Position numbers and translations under genes: made by a program. The notes under the pieces were generated by a model. It did not search any database and was not told the origin of the DNA. It saw only the letters and a program-made list of their open reading frames with translations. Below, one piece after another: positions 1-13,446 of a stretch of 64,000 nt of DNA. Positions within the stretch are counted from its first letter, which is position 1. Every line of letters begins with the position of its first letter. The DNA lies in the NCBI GenBank assembly GCA_047601445.1, contig JASGJH010000001.1, forward strand, positions 5,504,001 to 5,568,000, in the 5' to 3' direction. This DNA is from Myxococcales bacterium (GTDB lineage Bacteria > Myxococcota_A > Polyangia > Polyangiales > DASUME01).

Positions 1-39
1 AGCGACGCTTCGTGCGCGCAGGGAGTCGAACGATCGCAT

Positions 40-939
40 ATGCTCCATGCAATCGTGCATAGGCCCACCGACGCCACCCGTTGGGATGACCTGCGGGTCT
101 TCCTAGCCGTCCTGCGGCAGGGGAGCTTCTCGGGCGCCGCGAGCTCGCTCGGCATCGAGCAATCCACCGTGAGCAGGCGCATCGCCGCCCTCGAAGCGGC
201 GCTCGGAGCTGCGCTCTTCGATCGCACCGCCGCCGGACCGCGGCCCAGCGAGCTGGCCCTCGAGCTACGCGAGCACGCCGAGCGCGTGGAGCAGGAGATC
301 CTGGAGTTGCTGGATCACGCGGGCTCGCAGGGCAAGGTGGTGGAAGGACGCGTGCGCCTGGCGACCACCGAGTCCTTCGCGGTGCACGTGATCATCCCGC
401 ACCTCCTGTCAGGCCTGCGTGCGCTGCATCCGGAGCTGCGCGTCGATCTCCTGGTGAGCGAGCGCGCGGCGGACCTCACGCAGCGCGAGGCCGACGTGGC
501 CTTGCGCTTCTTCCGTCCCAAGCAAGGGGACCTGGTAGCCAAGCGCATCGCGGTGTTGCCCACCGTGGTGCTGGCCCACGAACGTTACTTGGCCGGGCGC
601 ACCGAGCTGCGCGTCGATACGCTGGACTGGATCGTGCTCGACCATGACTCTGCCGAGCCCGCGTTGCCGGCCTACCTTTCGGCCCACGGCAAGCTCGAGC
701 CCGTGCTGCGCACCAATGGCCACCTCGCGCAGGTGGAAGCGGTGCGCGCGGGACTCGGCGTGGCGTTGTTGGCCAAGTCACTCACTCGGCTCGATCCCGG
801 TCTCAAGGTACTCTCGCTCGATCTCCCTGCGAGCCCGCCCGTCGAGCTGTGGCTGGTGACACCGCGCAGCTTGAGTCGTATCCCGCGCATCCGCGCGCTC
901 TGGGAGTACCTCGAAAAGACCCTGACCGCGCTCGCCTAA
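40..939 (+). CDS. LysR family transcriptional regulator (start uncertain)
   Basis: N-terminal wHTH 'WDDLRVFLAVLRQGSFSGAASSLGIEQSTVSRRIAALE' and substrate-binding domain 'DLTQREADVALR'. Confidence 0.93.
   Translation: MLHAIVHRPTDATRWDDLRVFLAVLRQGSFSGAASSLGIEQSTVSRRIAALEAALGAALFDRTAAGPRPSELALELREHAERVEQEILELLDHAGSQGKVVEGRVRLATTESFAVHVIIPHLLSGLRALHPELRVDLLVSERAADLTQREADVALRFFRPKQGDLVAKRIAVLPTVVLAHERYLAGRTELRVDTLDWIVLDHDSAEPALPAYLSAHGKLEPVLRTNGHLAQVEAVRAGLGVALLAKSLTRLDPGLKVLSLDLPASPPVELWLVTPRSLSRIPRIRALWEYLEKTLTALA
47..60. promoter_or_regulatory. Palindrome ATGCA-N4-TGCAT at the LysR 5' end, possible autoregulatory operator
   Basis: atgcaatcgtgcat; dyad located where LTTR autoregulatory sites usually lie. 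Confidence 0.3.
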
Positions 940-977
940 CTGCGGGCGTCCAAGACCCGACGAACCAGCGCCACGGC

Positions 978-1349
978 TCAGCTCTTATCGTAGAAGAACT
1001 CTTCCTTCACGATCTTGTCGTCCTTCACCGTGAACACGGCGATCTCGTCCATTTGCATGCGCTGCTTCTGCGTCTTGTTGGTCACGTCGTAGCTGAAGCG
1101 CACTGCAAACTTGGCGTCTCCGTGAGGCCACGGCCCTTCGACCTTGGCACTGTGGATCTCGTGGTTGTCCTCCCACCACTTGTTCTTGCCGAGCACGCCG
1201 TCTTTGCCCTTGGTGATGCGCTCTCCGTTGGGCATCGCTGCCGCCTCCACGCTCTCGATGTTGTCTGCGTAGAGCGAGCGAATGCACTCCAAGTTCTTGC
1301 CTGCCTTGCAGTAGTCGACGAGTTTGTGACTGATCTGCTGGATCGTCAT
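978..1349 (-). CDS. SnoaL-like / NTF2-fold protein
   Basis: 123 aa with 'LYADNIESVEA' and 'MDEIAVFTVKDDKIVKEEFFY'; GGAGG RBS upstream. Confidence 0.85.
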   Translation of the reverse strand: MTIQQISHKLVDYCKAGKNLECIRSLYADNIESVEAAAMPNGERITKGKDGVLGKNKWWEDNHEIHSAKVEGPWPHGDAKFAVRFSYDVTNKTQKQRMQMDEIAVFTVKDDKIVKEEFFYDKS

Positions 1350-1510
1350 GGTCTCACCCTCCTGGCATGGCTCGCGGAACGAGCTCCAAGGAAGCCTCCC
1401 ACAACGTCACGCGTGGCGCTCGACCTCGGCGAGGAAGCGCTGGCCCCCCGACTACGAACGCTTTTGAACGTCACACCCCACGTTTCGCCCCTTTCGGAGC
1501 GCGACGTGAA

Positions 1511-2440
1511 TCAGAGCTCGACGGCCTCGATGCGGCGATTCTCTTGGCGCCCAGCGTCGGTATCGTTCGGCGCAATCGGACGCTCGTCGCCGTACCCTAC
1601 GGCCGTTACGCGTGCGCCGTCGATGCCCTTCGAGACGAGGTAATCGCGGCACGCCTGGGCGCGCTTCTCGGAGAGCTGCTTGTTGGTCTTCGGGTTGCCG
1701 ACGTTGTCGGTGTGCCCGGCGATCTCGATCTTCGCGCTCAGTTTGTGCGCCATGTACTCGACCACGGTATCGAGCTGGGCGAACGACTCCGGCCGAATGC
1801 TGGCCTTGCCGCTGTCGAAGGTGACGCCGTTCAGCACGAAGCCAGCAGGCTCTGGTAGCGCAGCCGCCGCGGCGGGACGAGGCGGCGGCTCCCAGCGCTT
1901 GTAGCGCAAGGTCAGTCGGACGTTTTGGTTCGGCTCTTCGCTCACGGGCACCGTGGCCGCGATGTCCTTGCGACCGAGCGCGAGATAAACCAGGTCGTAC
2001 TTCTTGCCCACAGGCACCAGCACCTCGGCGTAGCCTTCGGCGTTGGTCTCCTGCGTGTAGTACTTGATGCCGTCGGGCGAGGTCAGCGAGATCACGATGC
2101 CGCGGATGGGCCCCTTCTCCTTGTCCACGACTGTGAACTTGAGAGCGGCCTCGGTGCGCGTGGCCTTGATCTGCGACTCGGGATGCTCCTGCGGCTTGTT
2201 CTTGGGATCGGTCTTCGCGACCTGGAACTCCATGGGCTTGCTCGGATCGACGTCGGTGACCGGCGCGACACCCGAGCCGTCACCACCCGTGCCTTCGCTC
2301 GATTCCGCGCTCGTGGTGGCGACCTCTCCTCCGGCTGCGGCTTCTGCAGGATCAGCCGACGCGGCGGGCTCGGACTTCTGTCCCCCGCCGCAGGCAACTA
2401 GGGCCAAGGCTGTGATCGTTGTGCCTACAAGGTGGCGCAT
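1511..2440 (-). CDS. OmpA family lipoprotein (beta-sandwich plus OmpA C-terminal peptidoglycan-binding domain)
   Basis: Start MRHLVG at 2440 with AGGGAG RBS; lipobox 'LVAC'; 'IAGHTDNVG...NKQLSEKRA...VGYGDERP...NRRIE'. Confidence 0.9.
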   Translation of the reverse strand: MRHLVGTTITALALVACGGGQKSEPAASADPAEAAAGGEVATTSAESSEGTGGDGSGVAPVTDVDPSKPMEFQVAKTDPKNKPQEHPESQIKATRTEAALKFTVVDKEKGPIRGIVISLTSPDGIKYYTQETNAEGYAEVLVPVGKKYDLVYLALGRKDIAATVPVSEEPNQNVRLTLRYKRWEPPPRPAAAAALPEPAGFVLNGVTFDSGKASIRPESFAQLDTVVEYMAHKLSAKIEIAGHTDNVGNPKTNKQLSEKRAQACRDYLVSKGIDGARVTAVGYGDERPIAPNDTDAGRQENRRIEAVEL

Positions 2441-2505
2441 CGTGCTCCCTTTATGGTCAGAAAGGCTGCGCACGACGCTAACACACGGGACTGCCGCAAA
2501 TCGAA

Positions 2506-3753
2506 CTAACGCTCGCTGCGCGGAGCGCGCGCAGGGCCTCTCGCGACCGCCAAACGACGGCGCCCCAACCACACGAGCACGCCCAGCAGAACCAGGCTCG
2601 CGGTGGAGCCTTGCCTTGCGTGCGCGGCGTTCGGACCGAGGCTGCAGGCCCCGGCTCCCACCTTCGACTCCTGCGGCGGCTCGTCCGCGACGGGCCCACG
2701 TTTAGGAACTACCGGCTGGGTCGGCTGCTCTGGATCCATGTCGAGCGTCTCGATCTCGTCCTCGAGTGCCTGCACATCGCAGTTGTGCTCGAACTCATCG
2801 CAGTCTGGCGCGGGTTCGCTCGAATACCCAGCCTCGCTGTCAGCCAGGCAAAACGCGGCGCGCGCATGGCACCAGTCGGCAAGCAGCTTGGCCGGTGCAT
2901 CCCCTCCGTCCACCGAGGGTGGTGCGAGGCAGGACGCTAGATTGAAATCCGACAGCTGTGCATTTTCGCGCTCAGGCCCAGGAATCGACCCGGTCAGACA
3001 TACCTGGCGGCGCTCCTCGTGCCCGTCGTACACGTTGCGAGCCACGAGCGTGACACACGATTGCACACCGGGTTTGAGGGGAACGCGGGCGGAGGCAGTG
3101 AGTGCGAGAGTCCAACCAGCGGGCAGCGGCTGGGGTGTGTTCATGGAGGACGCCGCGAACAACCAGCCATCCCGTTCCGCAATCTCGACCTCGAGCTGCG
3201 AGGCATCCACGACATGGGTCGTGGTGAAGATCTGGTCGTCCAAAGCACAGCCTCCATGGTCGATGCCCGTATGGCAGGAGTAGCGTGAGCCGGCCGAAAC
3301 CTCGTCCCATGTCTCGCTGGCCATCACCGCATCGAGCCCAGCGCCTACGCTCGATTGCGCGAGCTGAAATTTCTTGGCTGAATCGGCCCAAATCTCGACC
3401 TGGCCTTGCGCGCTCAACCCATAGTCCACGCCCGCGACGAGCGGCGTGGTGGGGGTAAACGCGAGGAGCGCGTAGTGGCTACCTTCCTCATGCGTGCGCG
3501 ACCAGGTGCCAGCGATCTCGCTGTCTGGCGCGTCCTGTCGGAAGACGCGCAGCGTAAGCACGGCGTCTCTACACTGATCGGGGTTGTCCGAACATCCCAA
3601 CCAAAACCACAAGGGACCGGCGGGCTGCGCCAAACCCGCGGGGGCCAACAGGAGCCCTCGAAAGGGAGGCGAGCACGCAGCAGCGCGCTCGGGCGTAGCC
3701 AGCACTCCAAACGCAAGAAGAGACAAGGCGGAAGCGAGACTTCGATTGATCAT
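2506..3753 (-). CDS. Secreted Cys-rich protein with MYXO-CTERM-like C-terminal anchor
   Basis: Signal peptide ending 'AAA|CSPP'; C-terminal 'GAGACSLG...ASLVLLGVLVWLGRRR'. Confidence 0.7.
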   Translation of the reverse strand: MINRSLASALSLLAFGVLATPERAAACSPPFRGLLLAPAGLAQPAGPLWFWLGCSDNPDQCRDAVLTLRVFRQDAPDSEIAGTWSRTHEEGSHYALLAFTPTTPLVAGVDYGLSAQGQVEIWADSAKKFQLAQSSVGAGLDAVMASETWDEVSAGSRYSCHTGIDHGGCALDDQIFTTTHVVDASQLEVEIAERDGWLFAASSMNTPQPLPAGWTLALTASARVPLKPGVQSCVTLVARNVYDGHEERRQVCLTGSIPGPERENAQLSDFNLASCLAPPSVDGGDAPAKLLADWCHARAAFCLADSEAGYSSEPAPDCDEFEHNCDVQALEDEIETLDMDPEQPTQPVVPKRGPVADEPPQESKVGAGACSLGPNAAHARQGSTASLVLLGVLVWLGRRRLAVARGPARAPRSER

Positions 3754-3765
3754 GCCCGACCTGTC

Positions 3766-3780
3766 GCAACGCTCATGCCA
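3766..3780 (-). promoter_or_regulatory. Sigma54-type -24/-12 promoter, copy 1
   Basis: Minus strand TGGCATGAGCGTTGC matches TGGCACG-N4-TTGC spacing; 12 nt upstream of the ATG at 3753. Confidence 0.6.
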
Positions 3781-3856
3781 GCCCCAAAGCTCAATCCTTG
3801 CGCTTTTAACCCCGTGTCAGCGTGTGCCGAGCGCCAGCTCGAGCAAGGAGTCGGCG

Positions 3857-4099
3857 CTAGCGCTTGTTCCCTCGAGTGCACGCAGCGCGCTTTGCGACCC
3901 CGGATCGACGGCGCCCAAGCAACGCGAGCATGCTCAGCAACGCCAAGCTCGCGGTGGAGCCCTCGTCTCCCTGTGCGAGGCCCACCGGGCTCACCACGAG
4001 CACCTTCGGCTCCGGCGAGCACGCAGCCGCAGGCTCGGGCGTGACCATCACGCCGAGCGCCAGGAGAGAAAAGGCTGAAGCGAAACTGCGGTCGATCAT
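3857..4099 (-). CDS. 80-aa internally deleted paralog of 2506..3753 (signal peptide fused to TM-RRR anchor); possibly a pseudogene
   Basis: 'MIDRSFASAFSLLALGVMVTPEPAAACSP' matches the N-terminus and 'GSTASLALLSMLALLGRRR' matches the C-terminus of the neighbour. Confidence 0.6.
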   Translation of the reverse strand: MIDRSFASAFSLLALGVMVTPEPAAACSPEPKVLVVSPVGLAQGDEGSTASLALLSMLALLGRRRSGVAKRAACTRGNKR

Positions 4100-4175
4100 T
4101 CCCGACCCACCGCAACGCCTATGCCAGCCTAAAACCTCAATCCTTACGCCGTAACACCGTGTCAGCCTGTGCCGG
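4097..4175. repeat. Diverged direct repeat of 3751..3830 (duplicated promoter/leader)
   Basis: Shared blocks cccgacc..cgcaacg..atgccagcc..ctcaatcctt..taac.ccgtgtcagc.tgtgccg. Confidence 0.85.
4112..4126 (-). promoter_or_regulatory. Sigma54-type -24/-12 promoter, copy 2
   Basis: Minus strand TGGCATAGGCGTTGC; same 12-nt spacing to the ATG at 4099. Confidence 0.6.
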
Positions 4176-4183
4176 ACACCCGC

Positions 4184-5704
4184 TCAAGGAGCAGGAGCCG
4201 GCGCAGGCGTTGGCGCCGTGTCTGGCGCGGGCGTCGGCGCAGTGTCTGGCGCCGCGGGCTGCTCACCCGGCTGCGCAGGCTTCGTATCGAAGTCCTCCAG
4301 ATTCACGTCATCCAGGTCTTCGAGACTGGGTGCGTCCTCTTCGAGCTCATCCAGCCCCACGCCGCCAGGTTCACCCTGGTCAGGCGCCGGCGCGGCGCCG
4401 GTGTCTGCGGGGGAGAGGTCCGCCGTCTTGGACAGCGAGGGCAGGAAGGTGGAGAGCCAGGGCACATAGGTGGTGATGACGAGCGTCACACCGAGCACCG
4501 CGATGAAGGGCAACACCGAGCGGTAGACGTTGGTCACCGGCACGTTGAAGCGGAAGCTCGAGATAATGAGGTTGAGGCCGAGCGGCGGCGCCAGGTAGGC
4601 GATCTCCAGGTTCACCAGGAAGGTGATGGCCAGGTGGTAGGGATCGACCGCGAAGTGCTTGGCGATGGGCACGATCAGCGGAACCACCACGAAGATGGCC
4701 GCGAAGATCTCCATCACCATGCCCGCGAGCAAGCAGAACACGTTGAGCACCAGCAGGAACATGGTCTTGGAGGTGATCAGGGTCTGCATCGCCTCGAGCA
4801 CGCGCATGGGCACCTGGGCCTGCACGAGATACGAGGTGAAGCCGATGGCCGTGGAGAGGATGGCGAGGATGGCGCCCACCAGGGTCATCGACTCGCGGAT
4901 GATGCGCGGAAGATCCCGACGGACGTCGAGCTCACGGTAGATGAAGGTCTCGATGAAGAGCACGTACAGGCCGGTGAAGGCCGATGCCTCGTGCACGCGC
5001 AAAAGACCCGAAGCCAGGCCGCCCACGATGACCACGGGCAGACCGATCTCCCACTTGGTCTCCTTGATGGCCTCCCAGGCGACCTTCCTGTCGAACTTGG
5101 TGCGTGGGACGTTGGACTTGACGCCGATGAACGCCGAGTAGACGCAGGTGGCGATCACGGTGAGGATGCCGGGCAACAGACCTGCAAGGAACAGCTTGTC
5201 GAGCAGGATGTTGGCCACGATGCCGTAGAGGATGAGCGGCAGCGCGGGCGGGAACATGATGCCGAGCGAGCCGGCCGTGGTCACGAGGCCGAGTGAGAAC
5301 TGCCGGGGGTAGTTCTCCTGGATCAGCGCCGGGAACAACAGACCACCGATGGCCACGATGGTGATGCCGCTACCGCCAGTGAAGGTGGTAAAGAACGCGC
5401 TGGTGATCAGGCACACCACGGCCAGACCGCCGGGCATCCATCCGAAGACGGCGCGCGAGAACTTGATCAAGCGGCGAGGCGTGCCGCCCTCCGCCATCAG
5501 GTAGCCGGCGATGGTGAAGAGCGGGATGGTCACCAACTGGGGCGAATCGGCGAACTTCTCGCTGAACACGTCGATGGCGACCGACGTGATGGTGCCACCT
5601 TGATCCTGGTTGAACAGGTACATGGCACTGGCGCCGAACATCATGAACAGCGGCATGCCGATGAGAGCGACGGCCAGGAAGGCCAGGGTAATGATCAGCG
5701 TCAT
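4184..5704 (-). CDS. dctM: TRAP transporter large permease (DctM family) with acidic/Pro-rich C-terminal tail
   Basis: Multi-TM; 'IPLFTIAGYLM', 'GSLGIMFPP', 'NLEIAYLAPPLGLNL'. Confidence 0.92.
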   Translation of the reverse strand: MTLIITLAFLAVALIGMPLFMMFGASAMYLFNQDQGGTITSVAIDVFSEKFADSPQLVTIPLFTIAGYLMAEGGTPRRLIKFSRAVFGWMPGGLAVVCLITSAFFTTFTGGSGITIVAIGGLLFPALIQENYPRQFSLGLVTTAGSLGIMFPPALPLILYGIVANILLDKLFLAGLLPGILTVIATCVYSAFIGVKSNVPRTKFDRKVAWEAIKETKWEIGLPVVIVGGLASGLLRVHEASAFTGLYVLFIETFIYRELDVRRDLPRIIRESMTLVGAILAILSTAIGFTSYLVQAQVPMRVLEAMQTLITSKTMFLLVLNVFCLLAGMVMEIFAAIFVVVPLIVPIAKHFAVDPYHLAITFLVNLEIAYLAPPLGLNLIISSFRFNVPVTNVYRSVLPFIAVLGVTLVITTYVPWLSTFLPSLSKTADLSPADTGAAPAPDQGEPGGVGLDELEEDAPSLEDLDDVNLEDFDTKPAQPGEQPAAPDTAPTPAPDTAPTPAPAPAP

Positions 5705-5707
5705 GGT

Positions 5708-6430
5708 TCAGCCCTTCCCATCGCGGTTGAGATCCTTGGCGACGGCATCGGCGTTGCCCTGCAGGCCCTGCTCGTGCGGATCACCAGGATCGACTTCGCC
5801 GCGGGCGAGCCGCTGGGCGTTGAGCACACCGCCGGCGAACATGCGCACGGCCATGAAGGAGAACATGGCGGGCACGATCAGCTGGAACGCCGCGCCAGGG
5901 GTTTCCATCTTCATGCCGAGGGCGGAGAAGATGCCACGTACGATGCAGTAGGGGCCGGCCACCGACTGAGTGTCCTTGAGCACCTGGGCGCTCGCGTCAC
6001 AGACGTGGATGGCACCCTCAGGGGTCAGCGTCTCGTACGCCGCGGTGAGCTCCTCACCGTTGATAATCACGGCGTCCATGAAGGCGCGCGCGAGGTAGAA
6101 GCAGATCACCGAGCCGATGAACCCGACGAGCATCTGGAAGATGGTGCGCACGAAGGGCGACACGAAACGCGGCACGATATCGATGGCCACGTGCTTGTTG
6201 GCGTGCACGCCGAGCGACGCACCGAGGAAGGCCAGCCAGAGCGTGCCCTTGGTGAGAATGAAGTCTGCCCAGTCCATCCACTCGAGGCCGGCGTTGGCCC
6301 AAGAGATGCCCATGTTGGCGAGGTTGCGCATGAGGGCCTGCGCGAAAGCCATCACCAACATCAGGAGCAACATCCACATCGCGACCGTGGCCTCGCCATG
6401 GGCGATGCCATCGTTGAAACGTTTCAGCAT
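5708..6430 (-). CDS. dctQ: TRAP transporter small permease (DctQ family)
   Basis: Four TM segments; 'LWLAFLGASLGVHANKHVAID'; directly upstream of dctM. Confidence 0.85.
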   Translation of the reverse strand: MLKRFNDGIAHGEATVAMWMLLLMLVMAFAQALMRNLANMGISWANAGLEWMDWADFILTKGTLWLAFLGASLGVHANKHVAIDIVPRFVSPFVRTIFQMLVGFIGSVICFYLARAFMDAVIINGEELTAAYETLTPEGAIHVCDASAQVLKDTQSVAGPYCIVRGIFSALGMKMETPGAAFQLIVPAMFSFMAVRMFAGGVLNAQRLARGEVDPGDPHEQGLQGNADAVAKDLNRDGKG

Positions 6431-7489
6431 GGTCAACCTCTCGATCCCATGTGGTGGAGGGTCGCGATCATCGCGGCGAGGCCAGCGGGGCCTCGGCGCT
6501 GAATGAGCGCATTGCCTTCGCCATCGGCCGCGGGACCCGACGATGACTCCGACGTTTCTAAGCTGTTATTGGACATGACAAACCCCATATGCACGCGCAG
6601 GGTCGCGCGTCAGTGCTTTTCCAAGACGGGCCGTGTCACGGACCACCTGGGCGTGTGACACAGCGCGCCACGACCAGTGACCGCGCGAACCCCGTGGATG
6701 AGCGCGGAGACCTGCTGCGGGATCGGGCCTCGCTGCTTCAAAAAGCGCGGAAAAAAGCGGCGATCGCGGCAGCATGCTCGACACGGCGCGCGATAGTACA
6801 CGCGCACCTGAGGCCTATCAAGCTGTCCCCAGTTGACGCTCCGTGAGCCTTGGGCTGAAGCAGAAGGAGGCTTTTCCACGCGGGCCCACGCAGCGATCCG
6901 GATTGGCGATCGCTGCGCTGTCGACGCGTCGAGGTGAGAAGCGCACGGACGGGAGCGTCGCGCGGAAGCTCGCCGTTGGTAGCTGGCCAGCGCCTGGCGC
7001 GGCGCGGTCCGGGGGCGCGTTGCGCGGACCGTGAGGACGGGGAGTGCAGGGCGCTGCGCGAGCCACGGCACAGAAGGGCCGGGCTGTACACGAGGCGCCG
7101 CTCGGGGCAGCCGTTGGATGCGGAAGCTGGGCGGCCTGGGCATTCGTTTCGCAGGGGGCGGATCACGGGAGGCACACGAGGGGGATTCCGCGAGACACCC
7201 TGCGGCGGGCCCGGTCCAACCGGGGCGGGCATAGGTGGCGCGAGTGACACCGGCCGCGGCGCGGGGACCCGTGTCATGTGTGGGCCGCGGCAGACCACGT
7301 GGGCCGAGCGGAGTCCGAGCACCACGTCCGACCCGGCTCGGACGTGGCAAAGAGCCTCGCACGGGCCGACTGCTCGAGCCTCACTCATCCGATCCCGAAT
7401 GACACATCACGTGGAGCGCGTGTTCGGGCACACCCAAGCGGCGTTAGCGACATAGAAAGGCTCAATCGTTCCGCGTATCCTGGCCCGAC

Positions 7490-11359
<3,870 letters not shown>

Positions 11360-11552
11360 GAACACGCCCTACCGACGTGCCCGTCCTGGAGTGATGTCGA
11401 ATCACGACAGGCATGTCGCGGGGTGAAGTGAAACGACGACAGCCCTTCACCCCATTCGTTCTTTCACCTTCTCGCGATTCACACCGAACCTCCACGAAAG
11501 CGGGTGATTTCGCGATGGGCGCGCTGGCCTCGGACTTGCACTGGGCGGCCCC

Positions 11553-12080
11553 ATGGACGCTCTCGCAACTCGACTTCGCCCGCTCCGCAGCTGGCTCGCT
11601 CCCGCCCTCGTGCTCTCGTGTCTGTTCTTCCTCACGGACACGGCCGCGGCGCAGCAACAGCCCACGCTCACCTCGCCGGCTCCCTATCAACTCAGCACCA
11701 ACTCCGAGCAGGGGCCGGCCCACATGCCCTCGCTCACCATGCCTCGCTTCGAGCTCGCCTCGGGCATCACTCTGTTGGCCGCGGCCGTGCCGGTCGCCGT
11801 CGTGGCAGGGTTACTGGCAGGCCCACCTTTGTTCGCCGATTGCGAGGACAGCTCCGATCCCTATTGCTCCGAGCGACTCGATGAGAAGGAGGAACGAGGA
11901 CGCGCGGTCGGCATCGTCACGGGGCTCTTGTTTGCGGGATTGGGCACGGTTCTGACCGTCCACGGAGCCCTCCGCATTGGCCGCGTCAAGGCCCAGCGTC
12001 GAGCTCTCCTGCAACCGAGCGCCTTCAACGTGCTGCCCGCCCCCGGACGCGCGGTCGCCCAGGTGAGCTGGCGCTTCTGA
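11553..12080 (+). CDS. Hypothetical exported/membrane protein
   Basis: Signal peptide, two hydrophobic segments, C-terminal 'VSWRF'. Confidence 0.65.
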   Translation: MDALATRLRPLRSWLAPALVLSCLFFLTDTAAAQQQPTLTSPAPYQLSTNSEQGPAHMPSLTMPRFELASGITLLAAAVPVAVVAGLLAGPPLFADCEDSSDPYCSERLDEKEERGRAVGIVTGLLFAGLGTVLTVHGALRIGRVKAQRRALLQPSAFNVLPAPGRAVAQVSWRF

Positions 12081-12099
12081 GGTCGCCTGGGGTCCTGGG

Positions 12100-13347
12100 T
12101 CAAACGCGAATGCGCAGCGCGCTGAGCACGAGCCCGCCCACGAACAGAGAGCCGAGCGCCCAGACTAGCTCCTGCCCGGATGCCTCGGTGAAGATCCACA
12201 AGCTCACCAGTGAACCGAGCAGGGGCACCGCATAGCTCCCCACCCTCCCCGCGAGCCCGCCGCGACGACGCAAGGCGAGCACCGCCAGACACGTGGACAG
12301 GTACTGCACGGCGACGCTCACGTTCGACATGCCCAGCAGGGCGCGATAGTCGAAGGCCGCCACCAAACCGCTCACCACCAACGCGGTCACCACCACCGCG
12401 CGATAGGGAGAGTCGAAGCGGGGGTGCACCGCCGCGAGCCCGCGCGGCAGCAGGCCGTCGACCCCCATCGCATAGAGGTAGCGCGGGATGCCCAGCGCGC
12501 TGCCGGAGACGAAACCCAGCGTGGACACGAGGCCTCCACAGAGCACCAGAAACGCCAGCCCTGGCACCACGGCCAGCGCGGCGTCTGCGAGCGGTGCGTC
12601 GCTGGGAGCGGAGAGCTTCGGATAGGACAACACCAAGACCGTCTGCACCACCACGTAGACCAGCGAGGCGGCCAGCAGCGATCCCACGATGGCACGCGGC
12701 ATGGCGCGCTCCGGATCCCGCGTCTCGCCCGCCGGTACCGGCACCACCTCGAAGCCCTGGGCCGCGAACAGCGCGGCGAAGGTCGCAGCGCTCACGCCCG
12801 CGAGACCGCGCGGCAGTTCGGCGCTGTGCTGAGCCAACGAGAGGTGAGGCACGAGCGCGAAGACCAGCGTGAACAGCACCGCGAACTTGGCGAAGGTAAA
12901 GGTGTTGACCGCGCGCGCACCGGGCCTGGCCCCACGGTAGTTCAGGGCCGCGAACGTGAACACGATGACGAGCGCCACCAGCTTCGGCCAAGCCGCTCCG
13001 CTCAGCCGAGGCCAGATGCGCCCCGCATAGGCTGCGGCCGCCGACGCGACCGCCGCGAAGGAGAACATCGAATTGGCCACGCACATCCAGCCCACGGCGA
13101 AGCCCACGCCCGGGCCGAACGCCTCGCGCGCGTACACGTAGGGCCCCCCGGTGCGGTCCACCTTGGAGGCGGCTTCGGCGTAGCAGAGCGCCACCGGGAG
13201 CAGGCCCACCGCGCACAGCAAGAACGCGAGTGGCGAGAGCGAGCCCATGTCGCGTGCCAGGTCGTCGGGCAGCACGAAGATGCCCGACCCCACGATGGCA
13301 TTGAGCCCGATGCAGACCACGTCGAAGAGCGAGAGCGAACGCCGCAC
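12100..13347 (-). CDS. APC family amino acid permease
   Basis: 'GLNAIVGSGIF', 'TGGPYVYAREAFG', 'GFEVV', 'AVHPRFDSPY'. Confidence 0.93.
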   Translation of the reverse strand: MRRSLSLFDVVCIGLNAIVGSGIFVLPDDLARDMGSLSPLAFLLCAVGLLPVALCYAEAASKVDRTGGPYVYAREAFGPGVGFAVGWMCVANSMFSFAAVASAAAAYAGRIWPRLSGAAWPKLVALVIVFTFAALNYRGARPGARAVNTFTFAKFAVLFTLVFALVPHLSLAQHSAELPRGLAGVSAATFAALFAAQGFEVVPVPAGETRDPERAMPRAIVGSLLAASLVYVVVQTVLVLSYPKLSAPSDAPLADAALAVVPGLAFLVLCGGLVSTLGFVSGSALGIPRYLYAMGVDGLLPRGLAAVHPRFDSPYRAVVVTALVVSGLVAAFDYRALLGMSNVSVAVQYLSTCLAVLALRRRGGLAGRVGSYAVPLLGSLVSLWIFTEASGQELVWALGSLFVGGLVLSALRIRV

Positions 13348-13407
13348 AGCGGCCAGAGTGTAAGTGCACTCGCATCTTCACGAAAGAGGTCACGCGAGGT
13401 TCCGCAC

Positions 13408-13432
13408 GGGGGAGGTCACACGACCTCCCCCC
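13408..13432. terminator. GC-rich hairpin downstream of the small Cys-rich gene
   Basis: gggggaggtc-acac-gacctccccc; no U-tract. Confidence 0.4.
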
Positions 13433-13446
13433 GGAGTGCCGGGGCC

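Noticed and set aside
6549..6576. Possible dif site (minus strand atgtccaataa resembles an XerC arm)
   Set aside because: No XerD arm (TTATGT..A) follows after a 6-nt spacer.
6600..7100. oriC
   Set aside because: Only scattered degenerate boxes; no AT-rich unwinding element and no dnaA/dnaN/gidA nearby.
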